From positions 7,616 to 71,615 of the forward strand of contig JAWUVT010000077.1 in the NCBI GenBank assembly GCA_034112225.1: 64,000 nucleotides of DNA, written 5' to 3'. The stretch is from Flavobacteriales bacterium. GTDB taxonomy: Bacteria; Bacteroidota; Bacteroidia; Flavobacteriales_E; Vicingaceae. The notes beneath the pieces were generated by a model. It was not told the origin of the DNA. It ran no database searches and saw only the letters and a list, made by a program, of their open reading frames with translations. The stretch's first letter is position 1. Every line of letters starts with the position of its first letter. The position numbers and the translations under genes were made by a program. Positions 56,014 to 64,000 of the stretch are shown one piece after another.

Positions 56014-57939
56014 ATGCTCAAATATTTCCCTCTTTTTATATTCTTTCTTTTTAGTTTTAAACAACATTTTAGTCAGTGCACTGCATCAGAAAAGGAATTG
56101 ATCATAAATATTACACCCGATAGTTACCCGGCTGAAATTACTTGGGACGTAAAGAACTTATCTACTGCAACGGTTATCGCTTCGGGTGATTCTCTGGGTA
56201 GCGCTGTATGTTTAGACACTACCACCTGTTTTAAATTTACCATTTACGATAGTTTTGGAGATGGTATTTGCTGTTCTTTCGGAAATGGGAGCTATGACTT
56301 AATTTATGATGGAATTTCCATTCAAACAGGAGGGAGTTATGGCAGTTTAGAAAGTAAAACAATCAATTGCCTCCCTATTGATTCTACAAATCTGCCGTTA
56401 GTAAAAATCAACACCAATGGGCAAACAATACTAGATGATCTTAGGATTATTGCTGACATGGAGATCATATATAATGGGCCAAATGTTATCAATCATTATT
56501 CGGATACTGCCAATAATTATAGGAACAAAATTAGCATCGAAAAAAGAGGTTCGTCTTCACAAACCTTCCCTAAAAAATCATACAGCTTTGAAACGCAGGA
56601 TGTGTTAGGAAATAACAATAACGTAAGTTTAATTGACCTGCCTGTAGAAAATGATTGGGTTCTATATGCTCCTTATTCTGATAAGAGTTTAATGAGAAAT
56701 GTACTCACCTATAGGCTTGGCAGAGAAATGATGGACTATGCTCCAAGAACACAGTTTTGTGAAGTGCTCTTAAATGATGAATACATTGGAGTCTATGTGC
56801 TTACCGAAAAAATTAAAAGAGATAACGATAGGATTGATATTTCAAAATTAGATGCTGATGACTTAGCGGGCGATAGCTTAACTGGCGGCTATATTGTTAA
56901 AATTGATAAAACAACTGGAGGAAGCAGCATTGGGTGGGCATCCCCCTACACCCCGCCAAATGATGCTACAGAGCAAATCGACTTTCTTTTTCATTACCCC
57001 AAAGAAAATGACATTCTACCAGCCCAAGCAAACTATATAGAGAATTACATGACTACTTTTGAAGAGGCCTTAAATGGCCCTAGCTTCGAAGATCCTCTTC
57101 TTGGATATGCTCCTTTTATTTCCGATATATCGTTTATTGATTTTTTCATTTTTAATGAATTAAGTAAAAATGTTGATGGATACAGAATTAGTTCTTACCT
57201 CTATAAAGACAAAGACAGTAAAGGAGGTAAATTAACAATGGGACCGTTATGGGATTTTAATATTGCTTATGGCAATTCAAATTATTGCGAGGGAGAATTG
57301 ACCAGCGGTTGGCAAAAAGACTTTAACGACATTTGTCAACACGGTAATATGGTTCCTTTTTGGTGGAATAGATTATTACAAGACACCACTTTTGCCAACC
57401 GTCTAAAGTGCCGTTGGGAAGATAAACGATCAGGACCCTTACATTTAGATTCTATTTTTCACAAAATAGATTCATTTGCAGTTTATCTAGACCAAGCTCA
57501 AGCTAGAAACTTTACAACTTGGAATATTTTAGGCACTTACATTTGGCCTAATAACTACATTGGTACTTCCTATATAGATGAAGTTAACTTTCTTAAAAGT
57601 TGGATTTCTTTAAGAATAGATTGGTTAGACATTAATATGCCTGGAACCTGTCCACCGCAACCTCCTTTGGGAGTTGAAGGCTTCAATTCTTTTCCAGCGA
57701 TTACTCTTTACCCAAACCCCGCAAAGAATATTTTATATATCAATTTACCCAATTCCTCTTTCTCCCCATTAAAAATTGAACTACAAGACACTAAAGGTAC
57801 TATTGTCTATAATGAGGTGATCTCTAATGCTACAAACAAAATAGCATTACCAGTAAATGGGTTAAAAAATGGGTTTTACACCTTAAAGCTTAGTTCCAAT
57901 CAACTTAATCGTGTTTTAAAATTTATTAAATCAGAATAA
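56014..57939 (+). CDS. CotH-family (atypical protein kinase fold) protein with N-terminal Cys-rich module and type-A T9SS CTD
   Basis: The likely start is the ATG at 56014 (MLKYFPLFIFF; the ORF-track start at 55993 is a TTG). CotH-like stretches: KKSYSFE, NDWVLYAPYSDKSLMRNVLTYRLGREM, NDEYIGVYVLTEKIKRD, DGYRISSYLYKD, GPLWDFNIAYGN. N-terminal module: YPAEITWDV...CFKFTIYDSFGDGICCSFGNGSYDLIYDG. C-terminus ITLYPNPAKNILYINL...GFYTLKL...KFIKSE. Confidence 0.8.
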   Translation: MLKYFPLFIFFLFSFKQHFSQCTASEKELIINITPDSYPAEITWDVKNLSTATVIASGDSLGSAVCLDTTTCFKFTIYDSFGDGICCSFGNGSYDLIYDGISIQTGGSYGSLESKTINCLPIDSTNLPLVKINTNGQTILDDLRIIADMEIIYNGPNVINHYSDTANNYRNKISIEKRGSSSQTFPKKSYSFETQDVLGNNNNVSLIDLPVENDWVLYAPYSDKSLMRNVLTYRLGREMMDYAPRTQFCEVLLNDEYIGVYVLTEKIKRDNDRIDISKLDADDLAGDSLTGGYIVKIDKTTGGSSIGWASPYTPPNDATEQIDFLFHYPKENDILPAQANYIENYMTTFEEALNGPSFEDPLLGYAPFISDISFIDFFIFNELSKNVDGYRISSYLYKDKDSKGGKLTMGPLWDFNIAYGNSNYCEGELTSGWQKDFNDICQHGNMVPFWWNRLLQDTTFANRLKCRWEDKRSGPLHLDSIFHKIDSFAVYLDQAQARNFTTWNILGTYIWPNNYIGTSYIDEVNFLKSWISLRIDWLDINMPGTCPPQPPLGVEGFNSFPAITLYPNPAKNILYINLPNSSFSPLKIELQDTKGTIVYNEVISNATNKIALPVNGLKNGFYTLKLSSNQLNRVLKFIKSE

Positions 57940-58619
57940 ATTTATTGAGGCAATATGACGAACCGAGTTTTTCTATCTATTTTTTCATAAACATTTCAGC
58001 TCCCTTAACACCCCAACTCAAGGTTTCCTCTAGCTCCTCAAAAGCATTCGTTATAGCTCTTGTCATTTTGACAACAGCGCCTCTCTTAGTTTAAACACCA
58101 TCTAATTTTTACCACTAATTCGCACCACATTTTTTTGGAGCTGCTTGGTCATTTATTGACGTGACTTACCTATGGTCAGTCATTGAAAAAAAGAGTATTT
58201 TATTAGCGCTTTTCATTCTTCACCTCCTTTTAAATATTGAATGTCATCCTACTTTCTTTTAGTTCCACAATACTTTGTCCAGATTTTTAAGCATTAGCAG
58301 ACTCACAATATTCATAGGCTATCTACTCATTGCCTATTTCCCTTCACTAAAATTGAAATCCTTGCTCATAGCTCCTGAGTTGATTTGAGTACTAATTGCC
58401 ACAGTATTAAATGCTTATATTTTGTTTAAAAACTAAGATAGAGCTCTTATTACTTTTCAATGAATTGAATTTCAAAAATAATTTACAGCTAGAATAGAAA
58501 CCCCATCATTATTTGTGGCGAGCAATGAAAAAATAAAGAATTAGGAAAATTGTAGAACAAGATGTTTTGTTTAAGTTTACACAGGAAAAGCTAAACACAA
58601 TTTAACATACATTATTCTT

Positions 58620-59315
58620 ATGAGAAATTATATAATTATAGGTGGGTCTTCAGGAATAGGTAAAGAATTAGTCAGTTTGCTAGAGGAACAAGAAGCAAGT
58701 ATAATTGCAACCTTCAATAAAAATGAAGTTCAAAACCGAAAAAAAGTAACCTATATTCAGTTAGATGTAACAACCGATTCATTAAACCTTGACAACTTGC
58801 CAGAAGAAATTCACGGTTTAGCTTATTGTCCAGGAAGCATTAACTTAAAACCATTTCACCGATTTAAAGAGGAAGATTTTATCGCTGATTTTAAGTTGCA
58901 AGTTCTAGGAGCTACGAATATCATACAACAGCTATTACCAAAAATAAAAAAAAGCGAAGATGCATCCATCCTTCTTTTTTCTACAGTAGCTGTTCAGTCT
59001 GGTTTTAACTTCCATTCACAAGTTGCCATGTCTAAAGGTGCAATTGAAGGATTAACAAGATCTTTAGCTGCTGAACTAGCTCCAACGATTAGAGTCAACG
59101 CAATAGCACCTTCACTTACCAACACCAATTTGGCGAGTAGGTTTTTAAATACTCCAGCCAAAATGGACTTACAAGCTGAAAATAATCCATTAAAAAAGAT
59201 CGGTGATGCCAAAAATGTAGCTGAAGCCGCTGCTTTTTTAATTACACCAAAATCCGCATGGATAACTGGCCAGATAATTCATGTAGATGGTGGATTTTCT
59301 AAAATAAAACAATAG
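58620..59315 (+). CDS. Short-chain dehydrogenase/reductase-fold protein with apparently non-canonical active site
   Basis: Cofactor motif IIGGSSGIGKEL. SDR-like core LLFSTVAVQSG...VAMSKGAIEGLTRSLAAELAP...RVNAIAPS. By manual alignment, the position normally holding the catalytic Tyr of YxxxK is Val. Confidence 0.8.
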   Translation: MRNYIIIGGSSGIGKELVSLLEEQEASIIATFNKNEVQNRKKVTYIQLDVTTDSLNLDNLPEEIHGLAYCPGSINLKPFHRFKEEDFIADFKLQVLGATNIIQQLLPKIKKSEDASILLFSTVAVQSGFNFHSQVAMSKGAIEGLTRSLAAELAPTIRVNAIAPSLTNTNLASRFLNTPAKMDLQAENNPLKKIGDAKNVAEAAAFLITPKSAWITGQIIHVDGGFSKIKQ

Positions 59316-59368
59316 TTTAGTGCAATCGTAAACGACAGGAAAAATAGAACACTCTAAAATCAATAGAA

Positions 59369-59650
59369 ATGGAAGACAGAATGTTCGCTGATACAGATCG
59401 AATAATTGAAATGGCTTGGGAGGATCGAACTCCTTTTGAAGCCATAAAATTTCAATTCGGTTTTTCAGAGGCCAACGTAATTCAATTGATGCGAAAAGAA
59501 TTAAAATTAAGCTCTTTTAAGCTTTGGAGAAAAAGAGTGCATAGCGGGGTGAGTAAAAAGCACCTTCACAAAAGAAATGAAGAAATTACACGTTTTAAAT
59601 CTTCACGCCAAAGAAGTATTTCGAACAATAAAATTTCGAAACGAGTATAA
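59369..59650 (+). CDS. TIGR03643/DUF2805-family small protein (HTH-like)
   Basis: The N-terminal 60 aa DTDRIIEMAWEDRTPFEAIKFQFGFSEANVIQLMRKELKLSSFKLWRKRV match my recollection of the DUF2805 consensus. Basic C-terminal tail. Confidence 0.7.
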   Translation: MEDRMFADTDRIIEMAWEDRTPFEAIKFQFGFSEANVIQLMRKELKLSSFKLWRKRVHSGVSKKHLHKRNEEITRFKSSRQRSISNNKISKRV

Positions 59651-59661
59651 AAACTAAGAAT

Positions 59662-60798
59662 ATGAAGGATATAGATTTTGGAAAAGGGTTTACAATCAGC
59701 AAACACGTACCTCAGGAAATCTCGAATTTCGATCGCATATTTGACATTTTCAAAGAGTTGTTGACGCACACTTCGGGAGATATTGAAGAATCTTTTAATT
59801 GGTTGGAAACGCTTGACAAAGAATATTCTTTTTTTAGTGATAAGTATAACCTTCAAGATTTTGAAGAAGACCTTAAGAAACGTGGATACATCAAAGAAGA
59901 GATTGATCCTGAAGACGGCAATTCAGGCATAGGGAAAGGGAAGAAAATACTAACGGCTAAATTAGAATCTGCACTTCGAAAGTATGCGTTAGATCAAATT
60001 TTTGGCAAGTTAAAGAAAAGCGGAGCTGGAAATCATCGGACTACTAAAATAGGTGTTGGAGATGAACGTGATGGCGAAAATCGTGCATTTCAATATGGAG
60101 ATGACTTGGCAACGGTGAACATGACGGAGAGCTTAAAAAATGCTCAAATAAATAACGGAATTTCAGACTTACGTTTAACCGAAAACGATTTAATAGTAGA
60201 AGAAACCAAGCATAAGGCTCAAATGAGTACTGTGCTCATGATAGACATTAGTCATTCTATGATTTTGTATGGTGAAGACCGCATTACACCCGCAAAAAAA
60301 GTTGCCATGGCATTGGTGGAGTTAATCAACCGTAAATACCCGAAAGATTCTATAGACATTATTGTGTTTGGGAATGAGGCTTGGCCTATTAAAATAAAGG
60401 ACCTCCCCTATTTAAAAGTTGGTCCTTATCATACCAATACTGTAGCGGGATTGGAATTGGCGATGGATATTCTCCGAAGAAAACGAAACACGAACAAACA
60501 AATTTTCATGATTACCGATGGCAAACCGAGCTGTATTCAATTGCCTTCTGGAGAGTTTTACAAAAATAGTAATGGACTGGATGAAATGATTGTTTCCAAA
60601 TGTCTGAATAAGGCAGCAGAAGCAAGAAAATTAAAGATTCCTATCACTACATTTATGATTGCACAAGATCCCTATTTGCAACAGTTTGTAGAGGTATTTA
60701 CCGCACAAAACCAAGGGAAAGCATTTTTAACAGGTCTTACAGGTTTAGGAGAAATGATATTTGAAGATTACGAAAAGAATAGAATTAAAAAAATATAA
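59662..60798 (+). CDS. von Willebrand factor A (VWA) domain protein, CoxE/BchD-like
   Basis: The C-terminal VWA domain has an intact MIDAS (VLMIDISHSM = DxSxS, later T and MITDGKPS). The N-terminal ~180 aa is an acidic/basic helical region. 11 nt after the DUF2805 gene and 3 nt before the AAA+ gene. Confidence 0.8.
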   Translation: MKDIDFGKGFTISKHVPQEISNFDRIFDIFKELLTHTSGDIEESFNWLETLDKEYSFFSDKYNLQDFEEDLKKRGYIKEEIDPEDGNSGIGKGKKILTAKLESALRKYALDQIFGKLKKSGAGNHRTTKIGVGDERDGENRAFQYGDDLATVNMTESLKNAQINNGISDLRLTENDLIVEETKHKAQMSTVLMIDISHSMILYGEDRITPAKKVAMALVELINRKYPKDSIDIIVFGNEAWPIKIKDLPYLKVGPYHTNTVAGLELAMDILRRKRNTNKQIFMITDGKPSCIQLPSGEFYKNSNGLDEMIVSKCLNKAAEARKLKIPITTFMIAQDPYLQQFVEVFTAQNQGKAFLTGLTGLGEMIFEDYEKNRIKKI

Positions 60799-60801
60799 CT
60801 G

Positions 60802-62265
60802 ATGATGAAAAAAGAAATCACGTTTAGAGAATTGAAAGATTCTGGATATATAGACCAAACCATTAACGAAGAAATTCAAGCCAACTTAATAGCTCGAATA
60901 AAATCTAAACAACCAGTTTTTGAAGGGCTATGGGGCTATGAAGATACAGTAGTTCCACAATTAAAGAAAGCCATTTTAGCTGGTCACCACATCAATTTAT
61001 TGGGATTACGTGGGCAAGCAAAAACGAAGATAGCAAGAAGTATGGTTGATCTTTTGGATGAATACATGCCGATTGTAAAAGGGTCTGAGATCAACGACAG
61101 TCCATTTCAACCGATTTCAAAATACGCTAGAGATTTAATTTCCGAGCTTAAAGATGAAACTCCAATAGCTTGGGTACATCGTTCTAAGCGGTTCTTTGAG
61201 AAATTAGCAACACCAGATGTTAACGTTTCAGATTTGATTGGAGATATCGATCCTATTAAAGCGGCCACCTTAAAACTGCCCTATTCTGATGAGCGTGTTT
61301 TGCATTATGGAATGATCCCTCGTGCCAACCGTTCTATATTTGTATTGAATGAATTGCCTGATTTACAGGCACGAATTCAAGTCTCTTTATTCAACATTTT
61401 ACAAGAAGGGGATATCCAAATAAGAGGATTTCAGTTAAGAATGCCACTGGACATTCAATTTGTTTTTACAGCCAACCCAGAAGATTATACCAATAGAGGA
61501 AGTATCGTTACGCCTTTAAAAGATAGAATTGGTTCGCAAATATTTACGCATTATCCCAAATCGATTGCTTTAGCAAGAGAAATTACCGAACAAGAAGCAA
61601 AAATTACAACGGCAGATAAAACAGCCATTCAAGTGCCTAATTTAGCCAAAGATCTTTTAGAACAAGTGGCTTTTGAAGCTCGTGATAGTGAGTATGTAGA
61701 TGCTAAAAGTGGGGTAAGTGCTCGTTTAACCATTAGTGCTATGGAAAATCTTATTGCAGCAGCAAAATTGAGATTGATTGAAACAGAGGCTGAAAAAACA
61801 ACGATACGTTTAGTCGATTTTATGTCAATCATCCCATCCATAACTGGAAAAATTGAGCTGGTGTATGAAGGCGAACAAGAAGGCGCGGATGAAGTGGCCA
61901 AAATATTGATTGATAACGCAGTGATCACTCAGTTTGAAAAAATATTTCCACGCATACCTAAACTAGAGAAAGAAGGGGTTAAAACGCCCTACACTGATTT
62001 GATTAATTGGTTCGACAACAACTTTATCGAATTAAATTTTACGGATACTGATTCAGAATTTGATGCCAACCTAAAAATTGTTTCTCCATTACAAGCGATT
62101 ATCGAAGAATATGCCTCTCCATTAAATGAGGCTGACCAAACCTTTTGTATGGAGTTGGTGTTATGGTGCTTAACGATCCATAATAAATTGGATAAATCGG
62201 AGAATGATACGGCTTATAAATTTGATACTACTGGTGTAAGTCAACAATTCTTCGGAAATAATTAA
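60802..62265 (+). CDS. AAA+ ATPase of the MoxR/BchI (Mg-chelatase-like) clade with variant Walker motifs
   Basis: Walker A-like INLLGLRGQAKTKIARSM (Ala where the invariant Gly precedes Lys). Walker B-like SIFVLNELPDL (Asn-Glu instead of Asp-Glu). Sensor-1-like FVFTANPED. Arginine-finger-like TPLKDRIGS. 487 aa. Confidence 0.75.
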   Translation: MMKKEITFRELKDSGYIDQTINEEIQANLIARIKSKQPVFEGLWGYEDTVVPQLKKAILAGHHINLLGLRGQAKTKIARSMVDLLDEYMPIVKGSEINDSPFQPISKYARDLISELKDETPIAWVHRSKRFFEKLATPDVNVSDLIGDIDPIKAATLKLPYSDERVLHYGMIPRANRSIFVLNELPDLQARIQVSLFNILQEGDIQIRGFQLRMPLDIQFVFTANPEDYTNRGSIVTPLKDRIGSQIFTHYPKSIALAREITEQEAKITTADKTAIQVPNLAKDLLEQVAFEARDSEYVDAKSGVSARLTISAMENLIAAAKLRLIETEAEKTTIRLVDFMSIIPSITGKIELVYEGEQEGADEVAKILIDNAVITQFEKIFPRIPKLEKEGVKTPYTDLINWFDNNFIELNFTDTDSEFDANLKIVSPLQAIIEEYASPLNEADQTFCMELVLWCLTIHNKLDKSENDTAYKFDTTGVSQQFFGNN

Positions 62266-62315
62266 CGACTAGAGGAAACCTCTATTTTACATCAAATAAG
62301 AGAAACGAACAACCA

Positions 62316-63755
62316 ATGAAAATACTTCTTACTGGTTCAACAGGATATATTGGCAAAAGATTACTTCCCATTTTAATAGCGAATGGGCATGAAGTGGTTT
62401 GTTGCGTTAGAGATCTCAAAAGAGTTAACGCTCCAGCATCTCTAAAATCCAAAATAACGATCATTCAGCTTGATCTACTTAAAAAAGAGACGCTAAAGAA
62501 TATCCCAAAAGATATCGATGCTGCATTTTATTTAGTCCATTCAATGCTGGCATCTTCAGACTATCCTATTTTAGAAGGAGAATCTGCTGAAAACTTTAAG
62601 GATGAAATCAACAAAACTAACGCAAAACACGTTGTTTATTTGAGCGGTATTGTGAATGAAACGGAACTGTCTAAGCACCTCTCTTCGAGAAAAAATGTTG
62701 AAACAGAACTTGGCAAAGGGAAATATTACTTCACCACATTAAGGGCAGGTATTATTATAGGATCAGGAAGTGCATCTTTCGAAATCATGCGAGATTTGGT
62801 GGAGAAACTTCCTGTAATGATTACCCCAAAATGGCTCATGACCAAATGTCAACCCATAGGAATAGCGGATGTGATCACCATTTTAGCTAAAACCATTCTG
62901 AATCCTAAGACCTACGATAAAGATTTTGACATTGGTGGGCCAGACATTTTATCTTATAAAGACATGCTTTTAGCGTTTGGTCGGGTAAGAAATTTAAAGC
63001 GCCACATTTTTATTGTTCCAGTAATGACTCCAAAGCTATCTTCCTACTGGCTCTATTTTGTAACCTCAACCTCCTACAAACTGGCTATTGCACTAGTCAA
63101 TAGCATGAAAATTGAAGTGGTTTGTAGAGACAATGAGATCAATAAAATAATCAACATCACACCTATCACTTATCAAGAATCTGTAGAACGGGCATTTAAC
63201 AAGATTGAAAGAAATGAAGTGATTTCTAGTTGGAAAGATGCTTTTATTAGCAGTGATTTTAGTCCTAATAGCACTGACTTTATCAAGGTTCCTTCTTTTG
63301 GTTGTTTTGTTGACGCGAGAGAAAAGTCTTTTACAGATAAAGAGAGTTGCATCGATAAAGTTTGGAGTATTGGTGGAGAAAATGGATGGTATTACGGCAA
63401 TTGGCTTTGGAAAATTAGAGGATTTCTAGATAAATTAGTTGGGGGAGTTGGACTGAGAAGAGGACGAACCTCAGTAAACAAGCTGAGCAACGGAGATGCC
63501 TTAGATTTTTGGAGAGTTTTGTATGCCAATAAATCCGAGGGCAGACTCATTTTATATGCTGAAATGAAGTTACCTGGTGAGGCTTGGCTTGAATTTAAAA
63601 TGGTAGAAAAAAAACTGAATTTAACAGCCACATTTCGACCTTTGGGTTTAATGGGTAGATTGTATTGGTATTCGGTCCTTCCCTTTCATGGTTTTATTTT
63701 TGAAGGAATGATTCAGCAATTAACCGATGCTAAAAAAGTTAAAACAACTCAATAA
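62316..63755 (+). CDS. Two-domain protein: N-terminal NAD(P)-binding atypical SDR (NmrA-like), C-terminal DUF2867-like domain
   Basis: Rossmann motif LLTGSTGYIGKRL. C-terminal ~150 aa (DFWRVLYANKSEGRLILYAEMKLPGEAWLEFKM...) resembles DUF2867. That assignment is from memory. Confidence 0.7.
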   Translation: MKILLTGSTGYIGKRLLPILIANGHEVVCCVRDLKRVNAPASLKSKITIIQLDLLKKETLKNIPKDIDAAFYLVHSMLASSDYPILEGESAENFKDEINKTNAKHVVYLSGIVNETELSKHLSSRKNVETELGKGKYYFTTLRAGIIIGSGSASFEIMRDLVEKLPVMITPKWLMTKCQPIGIADVITILAKTILNPKTYDKDFDIGGPDILSYKDMLLAFGRVRNLKRHIFIVPVMTPKLSSYWLYFVTSTSYKLAIALVNSMKIEVVCRDNEINKIINITPITYQESVERAFNKIERNEVISSWKDAFISSDFSPNSTDFIKVPSFGCFVDAREKSFTDKESCIDKVWSIGGENGWYYGNWLWKIRGFLDKLVGGVGLRRGRTSVNKLSNGDALDFWRVLYANKSEGRLILYAEMKLPGEAWLEFKMVEKKLNLTATFRPLGLMGRLYWYSVLPFHGFIFEGMIQQLTDAKKVKTTQ

Positions 63756-64000
63756 CACTTTTAATTCGTTGTTGTATCATTGCCAATATTCTCTTGTTAA
63801 AATCATTTTTATTACTCGAATATATGGTGTACTCAAAAACCGTAAAATGCCCCAATACCATTCCTTTAAGTTCTGATTTAAAAGCAATATCTTTCTTAAA
63901 AGCGGCATCAATAAACGCCTCTTTTTTAAGGCTTGTTAAATTCTCAAAACGACATTTTCTAGAGAGCAGATAAGAACGAAAGTATTTCACTAATAAATCA
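63739..64000 (-). CDS. Hypothetical protein, 3' part only (runs off the window)
   Basis: The minus-strand frame is open to the window end (the listed start at 63990 is a GTG with no upstream stop). Its stop at 63739 overlaps the convergent 62316..63755 gene by 17 nt. No motif recognised. Confidence 0.4.
   Translation of the reverse strand, partial: DLLVKYFRSYLLSRKCRFENLTSLKKEAFIDAAFKKDIAFKSELKGMVLGHFTVFEYTIYSSNKNDFNKRILAMIQQRIKSVIELF

Noticed and set aside
57977-58066. A 29-aa minus-strand ATG ORF (MTRAITNAFEELEETLSWGVKGAEMFMKK) in the long gap after the CotH gene.
   Set aside because: It is too short to support without homology or expression data. It may be another fragment of an eroded gene.
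59566-59856. A 96-aa minus-strand ORF spanning the DUF2805/VWA junction.
   Set aside because: It overlaps two motif-supported plus-strand genes, has no recognisable features, and would leave no room for its own expression signals.
1-64000. I searched by eye for tRNA (GGTTCGAATCC-type T-arm), rRNA, tmRNA, RNase P signatures (GAGGAAAGTCC) and CRISPR arrays.
   Set aside because: None was recognised. This was a visual scan only and cannot exclude structured RNAs, particularly in 7388-7951 and 19089-20011.

Overview
AT-rich, densely coding chromosomal segment that looks like a Bacteroidota (Flavobacteriia-type) genome. Five predicted secreted proteins carry type IX secretion (T9SS) C-terminal sorting domains (four type A, one type B/gliding CTD). 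Shine-Dalgarno sequences are not evident, and a few TAnnTTTG -7-like boxes are visible. I count about 46 protein-coding genes and saw no rRNA, tRNA or CRISPR array by eye. Housekeeping genes: nth, recG, cdd, PDH E1-alpha and E2 with a separately placed lpd, rluD, uvrA, a LOG-family protein and an M61 peptidase. There is also a polysaccharide export block on the minus strand (asnB-like amidotransferase, GT4, wza, wzc, WecA/MraY-like transferase) that runs directly into uvrA and LOG. The best candidates for an undescribed system are: (1) a translationally coupled four-gene operon, lipoprotein / VTC polyphosphate-polymerase-fold protein / DUF4956 membrane protein / small beta-barrel-like protein (26165-29001), with a T9SS-secreted CotH kinase elsewhere in the window (56014-57939); (2) a three-gene operon of paralogous outer-membrane barrel proteins carrying thrombospondin type-3 Ca-binding repeats fused to SPOR-like repeats or an EF-hand (32858-37779); (3) a DUF2805 / VWA / AAA+ trio whose ATPase has non-canonical Walker A and B motifs (59369-62265). 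Non-coding oddities: a phased AAAGT/AAAAGTG repeat tract bracketed by a perfect 19-nt inverted repeat between lpd and the M61 gene, with a related repeat in the leader of the PDH E2 gene; an IS256/Mutator transposase relic; a doubly frameshifted lipoprotein gene; a duplicated gene-end/terminator hairpin; and two unusually long non-coding regions upstream of giant adhesin genes. All family assignments come from motif recognition by eye. No HMM, BLAST or folding computation was run.
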